Assembly (NCBI GenBank): GCA_050013715.1
Contig: JBEKES010000025.1
Span: 1 to 19,617, forward strand
DNA from: Candidatus Micrarchaeaceae archaeon
GTDB lineage: Archaea; Micrarchaeota; Micrarchaeia; Micrarchaeales; Micrarchaeaceae
DNA: 19,617 bases
Reading direction: 5' to 3'
Within the stretch, counting starts at the first letter, position 1, and each line of letters begins with the position of its first letter. The notes under the pieces are model-generated. The model was not told where the DNA came from. It made no database searches and was given only the letters and a program-made list of their open reading frames with translations. Below, one piece after another: positions 7,576 to 15,829 of this stretch. Made by a program: the position numbers and the translations under genes.

Positions 7576-8325
7576 TTATCTTGCTGATATTTTTCTTAGA
7601 TCTGCAATTGTTCCAAAATCAAGTGTTGAGCCATAGCCTATTGCAATTGCATGCATGGTGTCCATGCTTGTACTTCTGAGAATTGGGGAAATCAAATTTC
7701 CCTTCGGTGCAAAATTTATTTCTGAGCCAGAAGCAAAATAACTAATGGCAGGAAGCACCAGCAAATTAATATTTTCATATTTTCCTGATAGAAAACATCG
7801 TAGCCTTTCAACCCTTCCTATGGAATTCAAGATTCCTATTGAAGGATGCTCATGACCCGTAATAAGAAATTTTATCTTTTCTTTCGGGAATTTGGGCAGT
7901 TTGTCCCCATGGGCAAAGAAATAATCCCCAATCTTTGCTTCATTGTTGTATATCTTTATTTTAAACGGTCCCCTGTATCTTTCTATAAAATTGTCATGAT
8001 TTCCTTTTATCAAAATCAGTTCTATCTTTTTTTCATTGCAAAATTTTACAATTTCGTGCAATTCATTGAACTCATCAACATCTACTGTTGAAAAATCATT
8101 CTTTATGTCACCGACAACAATTATTTTTCCTGGTTTTTTAAACCTTAATCCCTTCTCAAAATCAGATATTATCTTTCTCACGTTAACTTTTGGTATGAAT
8201 ACTCCATTCTTTGCCAATTTTGTTTCATAGCCAAGATGAAGATCAGAAACTACAAATGCATCTATGCTTTTGATGTAGGCAATGGGAAGCCCTTCCAATA
8301 ATTCTATATCCTTGTCAAGAATCAT
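7576..8325 (-). CDS. Lhr-associated metallophosphoesterase (calcineurin-like)
   Basis: SDLHLG, VGD, GNHD, HGD and GHEHP motifs; ATGA overlap with the Lhr stop codon. Confidence 0.92.
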   Translation of the reverse strand: MILDKDIELLEGLPIAYIKSIDAFVVSDLHLGYETKLAKNGVFIPKVNVRKIISDFEKGLRFKKPGKIIVVGDIKNDFSTVDVDEFNELHEIVKFCNEKKIELILIKGNHDNFIERYRGPFKIKIYNNEAKIGDYFFAHGDKLPKFPKEKIKFLITGHEHPSIGILNSIGRVERLRCFLSGKYENINLLVLPAISYFASGSEINFAPKGNLISPILRSTSMDTMHAIAIGYGSTLDFGTIADLRKISAR

Positions 8326-10994
8326 TTAGATTCACTTATTCGTTTCATCACAAGCTTGTGTAGTTGCTGCAAATGCTTGTGCCTTTCCTTCATAAGTATT
8401 GCATCAGCGTGTCCGAAAGTTAGCATCGAATGCGTGAATGGAGACGGTATAACTGTTTTTATTATCCTGTATTTTACATCTCCATTTTTCAACTTCGAAA
8501 GCAAAGTATTTGTTCTTGGAAGATCCATTGTTTCGTTTAATATTTCCCTGTATGTCTCTTTTATTACTGGAAAGTTAGGATCTATCTCTTCCGCCGCCTT
8601 GAATACAAGCTGCGAGTTTATCTGCTGCCTTCCTACCGGTATCTTGTATCCTTTATAGTTTCTTAGTATCATGAAGCTTCTTGCAGCGACGTGCCTGAAT
8701 TTCCTTTTCATAAGCTCTGTTCTCTTTATGTTATTCTTGAGCATCGTAGTAAGCCCTGAAGAATGTATATCATCTATTATGTCCTTTATTGTTTTGTTTG
8801 TTATATTGAGTTTCTCTTCCGTACTGAACACAAATCCATTATCATTTATCGAAATGTCAACATCAACATCAAACATTTCTGCAATCCCTATTGCAAGTGC
8901 TCTTGAAAGTGTATCATTGATTCTTCTTCCGAAAAGCGAATGGAATATTATGAAGTTTCCTTCTTTTGACGGGTCTTTTGTAAGCTCTATCAATAAAAGC
9001 TTGTTTGTAGGTATCTCATCAGCAAAAAGAAGTTGCTCAACAAAATAACCGAATATGGCTCTTTTCGAGTTTGAATCTATTGGCAATGCAGAAAGATATT
9101 TGTCTATGTTGTCTGGTATTTTCATTGTTTTGCTGAATATGCTTATCTTCTTGCTTTGCATGTGCTCTTTCAACATCTTCGACATGTTTGCTCTGAATTC
9201 TCCTATCTCGTTTGCCAATTCGTAGCTTAGCGGCAATTGTTCTGAAAACCATGGTGGTATTGTTGGAACATTCGTGGTTGCAATGCTCACATAGGCCTTC
9301 ATGCCCTTTGCATATTCAAATTTGTAGAGCCTTCCCCCTAAAGTGAAGATATCTCCTGGTTTTAATTTTGTGAGAAATTCCTCTTCTATGCTGCCAATCC
9401 ATTTCTTTTGAGTGTCAAATACGCTAACTGCAACTTCATCTGGTATTGTACCAAGATTAAGCATGTATATTACTTTGGCCATCTTTCCTCTTTTCCCAAA
9501 TGTCTTTTCCTTTTCATCATACCATATCTTTCCGTAAACTCTCCTGCTTTCCAATCCGACATAAGCGCCGGAAAGATAATTCACAAGGGACATGAAGTCC
9601 TCTCTTTCAAGGTCGTGGTATGCATATGTTCTTTTCACAACTGCATATGCCTCATCAACATCCCATTTCTTTGTAAGTGACATTCCGATAATATGCTGTG
9701 CAAGCACATCAAGCGCGTTCTTTGGCACAACAAAAGCATCAAGGTGCTTCTTCAGTGCAGCATCAAGCATTACAGAGCATTCAATCAAGTCATCACGATT
9801 GAGTACTATCATGGAGCCCTTTGCAACTGCCTTGAAGGAATGGCCTGCTCTCCCTATTCTTTGCACAGCGCGCGTTACACTTTTCGGAGATCCAAGCTGT
9901 ATTACATTTTCTATTGCACCTATATCTACTCCTAATTCAAGGCTTGTTGATGACACTACACACTTAAGTGAGCCTTTCTTGAGAAGCTCTTCAACTTCAA
10001 GCCTCGATTCTCTTGAAAGAGAGCTGTGGTGTGCAGCTATGTCTTCCCCATACTTGAATCTCTTCTTTAGATTGAAGACAACACGCTCGGTTCCGCTTCT
10101 TGTGTTTGTAAATATCAGCGTTGACTTGCTTGTTTTTATTATGTTGTTCAATTCCTTGTACATTGCATCTTCTATTTCCCCATCTTTCGCGTATATCATG
10201 TCCTTTAATGGACTTATTGTCTTGACATCAAGCTTCTTGCTCCACGATGCATCAACTACTATGCAGTCCTTTGGCTCATTGCCTTTGTAACCAACAAGAT
10301 ACTTTGCAGCTTCATCAAGCGGAAACAGCGTTGCACCTAGTCCTACTTTTGTTGTTTCATGGCCGATTATTTCTTCCAGTCTTGTTATGGAAAGCGAAAG
10401 ATGAACTCCTCTCTTGTTGTTGGCAAGCTCGTGGATCTCATCTATTATTATATATTCGACGCCCTTCAGGTTCTCAACGAATTTCTCCGAATTAATGAGA
10501 ATTGCAAGGCTCTCAGGAGTTGTTACCAGTATGTTTGGCGGCTTCACAAGCATCTTGTGCCTTTCCTGCTGGGTCGTATCTCCGGTTCTTACGCCTATTG
10601 TTACTTGCTTTATGTTGTCCTTTATTATGTTAATCCCTTTCTCCTTTTTTATGATTTCATAAATCTCTCCAAGCGGCTTTACCAGATTGTTGTATATATC
10701 ATTGTTGAGTGCCCTAAGTGGAGAAATATAAATGCAGTAAACCTTGTCTTCTAATTTTCCTTCAAGGCTGTAATCGAAAAGCTTGCTTATTATTGAAATA
10801 AATCCTGACATCGTTTTTCCAGAACCTGTCGGTGCGGTAATCAGAACATCCTTCTTTTCGCAAATAAGTTTGAACGAGAATTTCTGCGGTGGAGTAAGTT
10901 CTTTGAAATTATCCAAGAACCATTCCTTGACGTATGGGTTAAGCTGCGCAAGGCTATCCTTGTCTTCATACGGTTTCTCCAAATATGTTATCAT
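8322..10994 (-). CDS. lhr: Lhr-type SF2 ATP-dependent helicase (about 890 aa)
   Basis: LTPPQ, APTGSGKT, YISPLRALNND, RTGDT, TTPESL, DEIH, LELGVDIG, QRIGRAGH, GTIPD, PPWFSEQLPLS, SPF. ATG 10994 preferred over TTG 11045. Confidence 0.95.
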   Translation of the reverse strand: MITYLEKPYEDKDSLAQLNPYVKEWFLDNFKELTPPQKFSFKLICEKKDVLITAPTGSGKTMSGFISIISKLFDYSLEGKLEDKVYCIYISPLRALNNDIYNNLVKPLGEIYEIIKKEKGINIIKDNIKQVTIGVRTGDTTQQERHKMLVKPPNILVTTPESLAILINSEKFVENLKGVEYIIIDEIHELANNKRGVHLSLSITRLEEIIGHETTKVGLGATLFPLDEAAKYLVGYKGNEPKDCIVVDASWSKKLDVKTISPLKDMIYAKDGEIEDAMYKELNNIIKTSKSTLIFTNTRSGTERVVFNLKKRFKYGEDIAAHHSSLSRESRLEVEELLKKGSLKCVVSSTSLELGVDIGAIENVIQLGSPKSVTRAVQRIGRAGHSFKAVAKGSMIVLNRDDLIECSVMLDAALKKHLDAFVVPKNALDVLAQHIIGMSLTKKWDVDEAYAVVKRTYAYHDLEREDFMSLVNYLSGAYVGLESRRVYGKIWYDEKEKTFGKRGKMAKVIYMLNLGTIPDEVAVSVFDTQKKWIGSIEEEFLTKLKPGDIFTLGGRLYKFEYAKGMKAYVSIATTNVPTIPPWFSEQLPLSYELANEIGEFRANMSKMLKEHMQSKKISIFSKTMKIPDNIDKYLSALPIDSNSKRAIFGYFVEQLLFADEIPTNKLLLIELTKDPSKEGNFIIFHSLFGRRINDTLSRALAIGIAEMFDVDVDISINDNGFVFSTEEKLNITNKTIKDIIDDIHSSGLTTMLKNNIKRTELMKRKFRHVAARSFMILRNYKGYKIPVGRQQINSQLVFKAAEEIDPNFPVIKETYREILNETMDLPRTNTLLSKLKNGDVKYRIIKTVIPSPFTHSMLTFGHADAILMKERHKHLQQLHKLVMKRISESK

Positions 10995-11087
10995 TCTATC
11001 AACTAGTTTATCAAAGAACAAGTTGCCCTCTGGGAGCAAATACAATATATATAAATATCTAAGAATATATAACCCTTTTGTGGTTAA

Positions 11088-11534
11088 ATGGTATCTAAAA
11101 AAGAACGTGAATCAGTGCCATCAATTGAAAAACAAGCCAATTATGGTCCAATAGCTAGAAAAATTAAAGCACTTCTGCGTGGACTAAACCCAGAAAAAGC
11201 AAAACGATTCTTTGATGCTGTTGCAAGCGGGGACACCAAAACAGTAAGAGAATTAGGCGAAAAATATCCTGAAATTTTAAAAATTGGTAACGAAGACCAC
11301 TTTAAGGGCCTTAAATCTGCCGAGATGATTAATCCCGTAGCATTAACCATTGCGATTTTTAAACAAGACAAAGAAATGATATCAGAATTAATTGCATTGG
11401 GTTCTGTTGTTTCAGAATCTCAGATAGCGATTGCCAACTCTAAAGGATATGTTGACATAGTGGAACTTCTTAAACAAATGCGCACTGTTCAAAGAACGGC
11501 GCTTTCGCTTATTAAACTAAGGATAATTCCATAA
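11088..11534 (+). CDS. Ankyrin-repeat-like hypothetical protein
   Basis: Degenerate ANK segments FFDAVASGDTKTVREL, ALTIAIFKQDKEMISELIALG, IAIANSKGYVDIVELL; TATA-like sequence upstream. Confidence 0.65.
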   Translation: MVSKKERESVPSIEKQANYGPIARKIKALLRGLNPEKAKRFFDAVASGDTKTVRELGEKYPEILKIGNEDHFKGLKSAEMINPVALTIAIFKQDKEMISELIALGSVVSESQIAIANSKGYVDIVELLKQMRTVQRTALSLIKLRIIP

Positions 11535-11567
11535 AAAGAAAATATTTGGTGAATTAACAGAGTAAAA

Positions 11568-11927
11568 TCACTTGTATATAGAGTCGTATTTTACTCCAGC
11601 ATCATCTACTATGTGTATGCATTCTCCTTCGCATTCTATAAGGCAAGCCTGGCAGAGTATGCATGAGCTTCCTGCAATTGCAACGGACAATCCTCCGCTT
11701 GTGCCATCATTATCATCTGCGAAGTGCTTGTGTCCATCCTGTACGTCTTTCCATTTTGCATGATCATTTGGGTCTATGGTACCTTTCCATTTCTCATTCT
11801 CTGGTGCATTATCTGCATTAGCTCCAGCAGAGTCATTCCTGCTTTTCATCTCGAAAACAGCAACAGGGCAAACGTCCTTGCAGTGCTGGCATCCTGTGCA
11901 TCTTGTCTTGTCAACCCAAGCGTCCAT
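11568..11927 (-). CDS. Dicluster [4Fe-4S] ferredoxin with a long inter-cluster insertion
   Basis: CTGCQHCKDVCP and CILCQACLIECE motifs. Confidence 0.9.
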   Translation of the reverse strand: MDAWVDKTRCTGCQHCKDVCPVAVFEMKSRNDSAGANADNAPENEKWKGTIDPNDHAKWKDVQDGHKHFADDNDGTSGGLSVAIAGSSCILCQACLIECEGECIHIVDDAGVKYDSIYK

Positions 11928-12025
11928 TTCATTACCTTATACTTATACTAATAGCCAAGCTATATATTGCTTTTTATTCTGGATTGTTATTGCATTAAAA
12001 ACAAAAAAATTCCAGAATTATGCAA

Positions 12026-12346
12026 TTAGCCTCCGCCGAACAGGCTCGCTAATCCTCCTGCAGCTTCCTCTTCAGTCTTGCCTTCCTCTTTCTTCTCTTC
12101 CTTGTGCTTCGCCTCTCCGTGCTGTGCTCCTTCATGTGCAGCCGGTGCGGCATGTGCCTGAACCTGCATGGATTGTGCATTCTTTATAACATCTTTTATG
12201 TTAACGCCTTTTAGCGATGCAACAATTGCCTTTGCCTGCGCCTCGTCTGGCTTGAGTCCAGCGGCCTTGACTACTTCCTCTATGGTTTTCTCGTTTATTT
12301 CCTTTCCTGCAGCATCCAAAAGAAGTGCAGCGTATACATACTCCAT
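12026..12346 (-). CDS. rpl12: 50S ribosomal stalk protein P1 (aL12)
   Basis: [10 protein letters not shown] start after an AGGTGA SD; acidic tail ending [15 protein letters not shown]. Confidence 0.96.
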   Translation of the reverse strand: MEYVYAALLLDAAGKEINEKTIEEVVKAAGLKPDEAQAKAIVASLKGVNIKDVIKNAQSMQVQAHAAPAAHEGAQHGEAKHKEEKKEEGKTEEEAAGGLASLFGGG

Positions 12347-12365
12347 TAATTCACCTTTTTTAGTA

Positions 12366-13217
12366 TCATGATGTTTCATTTGCATTTGTTCCAATGCTGT
12401 TGTTCAATGATGCAGCCTGCGAAGCAGCGCTTGCTATGAGCAAGTCAATTATCCCTGAATCAAGGATCTTGCATTCTAATCCAAGATGCTGTGCGTTGCT
12501 GTATGCCTTTGTTATGAGGCTGTTTATGGTATAAGCATTTACTATGTTGAACTCGAAGCACAAGCTCAATGCGCTGTTGAAGCCCATTGCGATTTCGTGC
12601 GTTGTTGTCTCTGCATTTATTGCAAGGACTTTCTTTGTGAACATGATTCCGTCGCTGAGCAGCATTGCCGGTTCTATGGAAGCAACGAACGGGAATATTT
12701 CAAGGGTGTGAAGCGCCTTTGCCATGTTGGAGCTTATTACCTCTCCTTTCTTCACTACTATCTTGTCCTTTGCTATCACTACCTTTCCTTTCTGTATTTG
12801 AACGTCAATGCCAGCGCTCTTAAGGTCTGTTACCGTTTGGCCAGGCTGTATTCCTGTTTCCCCGGATTTTACGCTTACGTCTTCTGGTGACATTTGTCCA
12901 GGTTTTGCAGCAAGCCTTAGACTGTTTGCCTTGAATTTATTGTAAAGCTCGAATGGATCCTCATTGCTGAGAAGTATTGCAGAAGTGTCAGTCAAATGCT
13001 TGGCCAGTTCTTTTGTATGTGCCTGTGTTTCAAGTATCTTGGTAAGAAGCGTCTTCTTGCCCATTATGAATTTTGTATTGCCCTTGAGCTGGTTCTTAGT
13101 GGATTGAAGCAATCGGTCAGGAATTCCTTTCAATTGCACAATTCCAATTACTTTGTAGTCCTTGAGAATTTTCTCATGGTCTTTTACAAAGCTTATTTTT
13201 TGTGTTTTGGTGAGCAT
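12366..13217 (-). CDS. rpl10: 50S ribosomal protein uL10 (P0)
   Basis: [34 protein letters not shown]; lies between rpl1 and rpl12. Confidence 0.95.
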   Translation of the reverse strand: MLTKTQKISFVKDHEKILKDYKVIGIVQLKGIPDRLLQSTKNQLKGNTKFIMGKKTLLTKILETQAHTKELAKHLTDTSAILLSNEDPFELYNKFKANSLRLAAKPGQMSPEDVSVKSGETGIQPGQTVTDLKSAGIDVQIQKGKVVIAKDKIVVKKGEVISSNMAKALHTLEIFPFVASIEPAMLLSDGIMFTKKVLAINAETTTHEIAMGFNSALSLCFEFNIVNAYTINSLITKAYSNAQHLGLECKILDSGIIDLLIASAASQAASLNNSIGTNANETS

Positions 13218-13225
13218 AATAATAC

Positions 13226-13858
13226 CTATAATATTTTCATCGGCTTGCTCATGGTGAGCTTTGCATATACCGATCTTATGTGCTGTCTTCCTACCTTCTT
13301 GACAACTGCATTGACTACCTCGTCAATGTTGGCTCCTATCGCATTTACGTCCATGCTTTCAGTTCCTACCATGCAGTGTATTGTTGGGAGATTCTTTCCC
13401 TTGCTTCTTAGGTAAACTGATTTAGCGGTATCCTGAACTGCTGTGCTGACATCTATTCCTATGAGTGGCTTAGGCATCTTGTTCCTAGGCCCTAGGAATT
13501 GTCCCAATGCCCTTGCTATTTGAGGCATGAGGCTAGGCTGTGCAAGCAATTCATTCTGGAGTAATTCATTGAGCTTTGCCTTGTCTGTAGAAATGCTAAC
13601 TATTTCCGATCCTGCTATTATGTTTGCTCCGGATGCCTGTGCCTTGCTTACTATGTTCTTGTCATCGGCGAAAATTGTGACTTTGTGCTCCTTGCCTTTT
13701 CCGTTGGGTAATTTCACTTCAAGATTGATCTTGTTGTCCTGCTTGCTCATGTCCATTCCTGTGAAATTTATCGCAAGCTCTACGCTCTGCTTGAATTTGC
13801 GTTTGCCCTTATTCTCTTGAATAAAAGCGTTGAATTTATCTAAAGTTTCCTTGTCCAT
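13226..13858 (-). CDS. rpl1: 50S ribosomal protein uL1
   Basis: KRKFKQSVELAINF, LPNGKGK, LGQFLGPRNKMPKP, VGTESM, VYAKLTMSKP. Confidence 0.97.
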   Translation of the reverse strand: MDKETLDKFNAFIQENKGKRKFKQSVELAINFTGMDMSKQDNKINLEVKLPNGKGKEHKVTIFADDKNIVSKAQASGANIIAGSEIVSISTDKAKLNELLQNELLAQPSLMPQIARALGQFLGPRNKMPKPLIGIDVSTAVQDTAKSVYLRSKGKNLPTIHCMVGTESMDVNAIGANIDEVVNAVVKKVGRQHIRSVYAKLTMSKPMKIL

Positions 13859-13899
13859 CTAATCCCTCCTGCATAATGCAGTAGTGCCGGGAAAATCAG
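13859..13899 (-). promoter_or_regulatory. Candidate L1-binding autoregulatory leader sequestering the rpl1 SD
   Basis: RNA CUGAUUUUCC-CGGCACUA-CUGCA-UUA-UGCAG-GAG-GGAUUAG-AUG: two helices flank a GAG / CG..A asymmetric loop. A TATA box TTTATAAG lies at about 13922-13929. Confidence 0.6.
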
Positions 13900-14000
13900 C
13901 ATATGTATTCTATCTAGAAGGCTTATAAACATTTCGCTTATCTCGATTAATCTTTTAGTTAATTATATATATTTGAAAATGACATTAATATTGTGATGAA

Positions 14001-14429
14001 ATGTTTAAAACAAGCCAAACCGAGTTGAAAAGGAAAGTAGACAAAGCCGTAACTGCCCATGATTTTGTAAGCGCAAGATGTGTAATCCTTTCCATGAACC
14101 TTTCATCTACTCTAGATGTATTCTTAAATGCAGATTATCCAAAAGAAGTTAGAGAATATGCTTTATCTTTATTAAAGGGTCAGCAAGAGCTATTTAAAAC
14201 AAGAGCAGCAAACGACCCAAGTCCTACATCAAGAATAGAATTGCTCAAATTAATACCTGATGCTGAATTTAGAGAGAAAAGATTATTAGAAGATAAAAGC
14301 CCCCTTGTAAAAAAATTCCTCATAGGTGAGCTATCAAACAGGGATTTACTAAGGAAACTATCTACAAGCGACAAGGAAGATGCTCATGTAAGAGAAGCGG
14401 CTTCGCGCAGGTTTATGCAGCTTTTGTAA
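14001..14429 (+). CDS. Hypothetical alpha-helical (HEAT/LRV-like repeat) protein
   Basis: Repeats ADYPKEVREYAL, NDPSPTSRIELL, EDKSPLVKKFLI, DEDAHVREAA-like. Confidence 0.6.
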   Translation: MFKTSQTELKRKVDKAVTAHDFVSARCVILSMNLSSTLDVFLNADYPKEVREYALSLLKGQQELFKTRAANDPSPTSRIELLKLIPDAEFREKRLLEDKSPLVKKFLIGELSNRDLLRKLSTSDKEDAHVREAASRRFMQLL

Positions 14430-14436
14430 GCAATAT

Positions 14437-14547
14437 CGGGTCTGACGGGATTTTCAAAGCTTTTGATCGAATACCTCAAAAACTTATTTGAACCCGCAAC
14501 CACTTGGTCCGAAGCCAAGTGCGCTATCCAAGTTGCGCCACAGACCC
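14437..14547 (-). tRNA. tRNA-Arg(UCG) with a 36-nt intron at position 59/60 (intron 14451-14486)
   Basis: Acceptor GGGTCTG/CAGACCC plus G discriminator; D-arm GCGC/GCGC; anticodon arm CTTGG-CTTCGGA-CCAAG; T-arm GCGGG-TTCAAA[intron]T-CCCGT. 75 nt after splicing; CCA not encoded. Confidence 0.95.
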
Positions 14548-14578
14548 AGATAATTAATTATATAACAAGCTTATTAAC

Positions 14579-15283
14579 CTAGAAGTTAGTTAGCTTTGTC
14601 TGCTTTATTCGCTCCATGGTGCTCCATCTCTCTCGTATATTGCCGTCAAGCACTCCTGTCTTCAGATTCTTTTTTATTATGTCTATCGTCTTGTAGTCAG
14701 AGGGATATCCTGATCCTATGTGTATTTTTAATTTCTTTTCAAGATTTTTTATTTCCCTGTCCCTTGTGACTTTTGCTATTATGCTTGCTGCTGAAACAAC
14801 AGGATACCTTGAATCTGCCTTGTGCTCAGCTATGACTCTTGTGTACCTGACTCCCTTCTCCTTTGTGGATTTGACTCCCATGACCTTTATGGGCTTGGAA
14901 CTAGATAATTTGAATCTTGTGCCGAACCTCTCCGCTATTACATCTGGGGAATCAAGGTAAACTGAACCAACATCCTGGGTTATCTTGTCAAACAATCCTG
15001 CAAACCTAACAGCTTCCAATTCGTTCAAGGATATGTGGTTCCTCATTGCCTCGTTTATCTCGCTTGGCCAGATCTTGTCTACTTTTATGTCTATTGCAAT
15101 CTTCTCTATTTCGCCAAACAATTGGTTCCTGCGCTTTTCCGATAGGATCTTTGAATCCCTGACCCCTATCTCTGAGAATCTGTGCATGCTGGTGCTCTTT
15201 ACAGCTACTATACTAATAACAAGAGGACCTAATATGGCCCCGCGCCCTGCTTCATCTCCACCGCACAGTATTATATAGACCAC
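14579..15283 (-). CDS. rnhB: Ribonuclease HII
   Basis: GGDEAGRGAILGPL, GVRDSK, LNELE, AEHKAD..YPVVSAASIIAKVTRD, GSGYPSD. Confidence 0.97.
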   Translation of the reverse strand: MVYIILCGGDEAGRGAILGPLVISIVAVKSTSMHRFSEIGVRDSKILSEKRRNQLFGEIEKIAIDIKVDKIWPSEINEAMRNHISLNELEAVRFAGLFDKITQDVGSVYLDSPDVIAERFGTRFKLSSSKPIKVMGVKSTKEKGVRYTRVIAEHKADSRYPVVSAASIIAKVTRDREIKNLEKKLKIHIGSGYPSDYKTIDIIKKNLKTGVLDGNIRERWSTMERIKQTKLTNF

Positions 15284-15303
15284 CAGATGGGTCCGCTACA
15301 GGA

Positions 15304-15555
15304 TTAAAGGTTCTTCCTGTCAACAACAATGTAATCATTGACTGCCATTACGGAATTGTAAGGCACCTTGATTTGATCGTCCTCGCTCTTTATCTTCATT
15401 GCCAACGCACTGTCCTGGTCGGGTTCTATAAGCAAATTGTTAATCTTGCCTGTTACTTTGCTTATCTCTGCGTCTACGAATCTTCCGAGGTCAAAACCAT
15501 CGTTTGTTATTACTTTCTTTCCTACTAGTTGTTTTGCTATAATGAATTTTACCAT
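15304..15555 (-). CDS. Single PRC-barrel domain protein (CdpB-like cell-division candidate)
   Basis: LVGKKVITNDG..LG...D......G.I..L.IEP...VPYNSVMAVNDYIVV; ATG 15555 follows an AGGTGG SD. Confidence 0.85.
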   Translation of the reverse strand: MVKFIIAKQLVGKKVITNDGFDLGRFVDAEISKVTGKINNLLIEPDQDSALAMKIKSEDDQIKVPYNSVMAVNDYIVVDRKNL

Positions 15556-15699
15556 ATAAGCCACCTATAGTCGTACTCATTACTATTAATATGATTAAAT
15601 TAATAATCTTATGGTTTAATCTTGTGAGTTTAGTAATGCGTGATTACGGACTCATTAATCTAATTGCGACGTAAAGATATTTAAATGTATAACCCCACT

Positions 15700-15718
15700 C
15701 TGTAAATTTAATTTACAG
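15700..15718. promoter_or_regulatory. Perfect 9-1-9 palindrome, candidate operator
   Basis: CTGTAAATT-T-AATTTACAG in the divergent intergenic region. Confidence 0.45.
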
Positions 15719-15829
15719 GCCCTTTTCTCAAATTCCTGCAAAATAATGCTATATTATCTGGTTATAATTCCAGCCAACAAGTTTATTATACATACGATAA
15801 CAATTATAGGTCATAATAAGGTTTGATGT

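Noticed and set aside
8356..11154. Multiple + strand ORFs opposite lhr, and similar short antisense ORFs across the window
   Set aside because: They are shadow frames of well-supported genes and have no recognisable motifs.
14001..14450. Integrated element at the tRNA 3' end
   Set aside because: No integrase and no duplicated tRNA 3' fragment were seen in the window.
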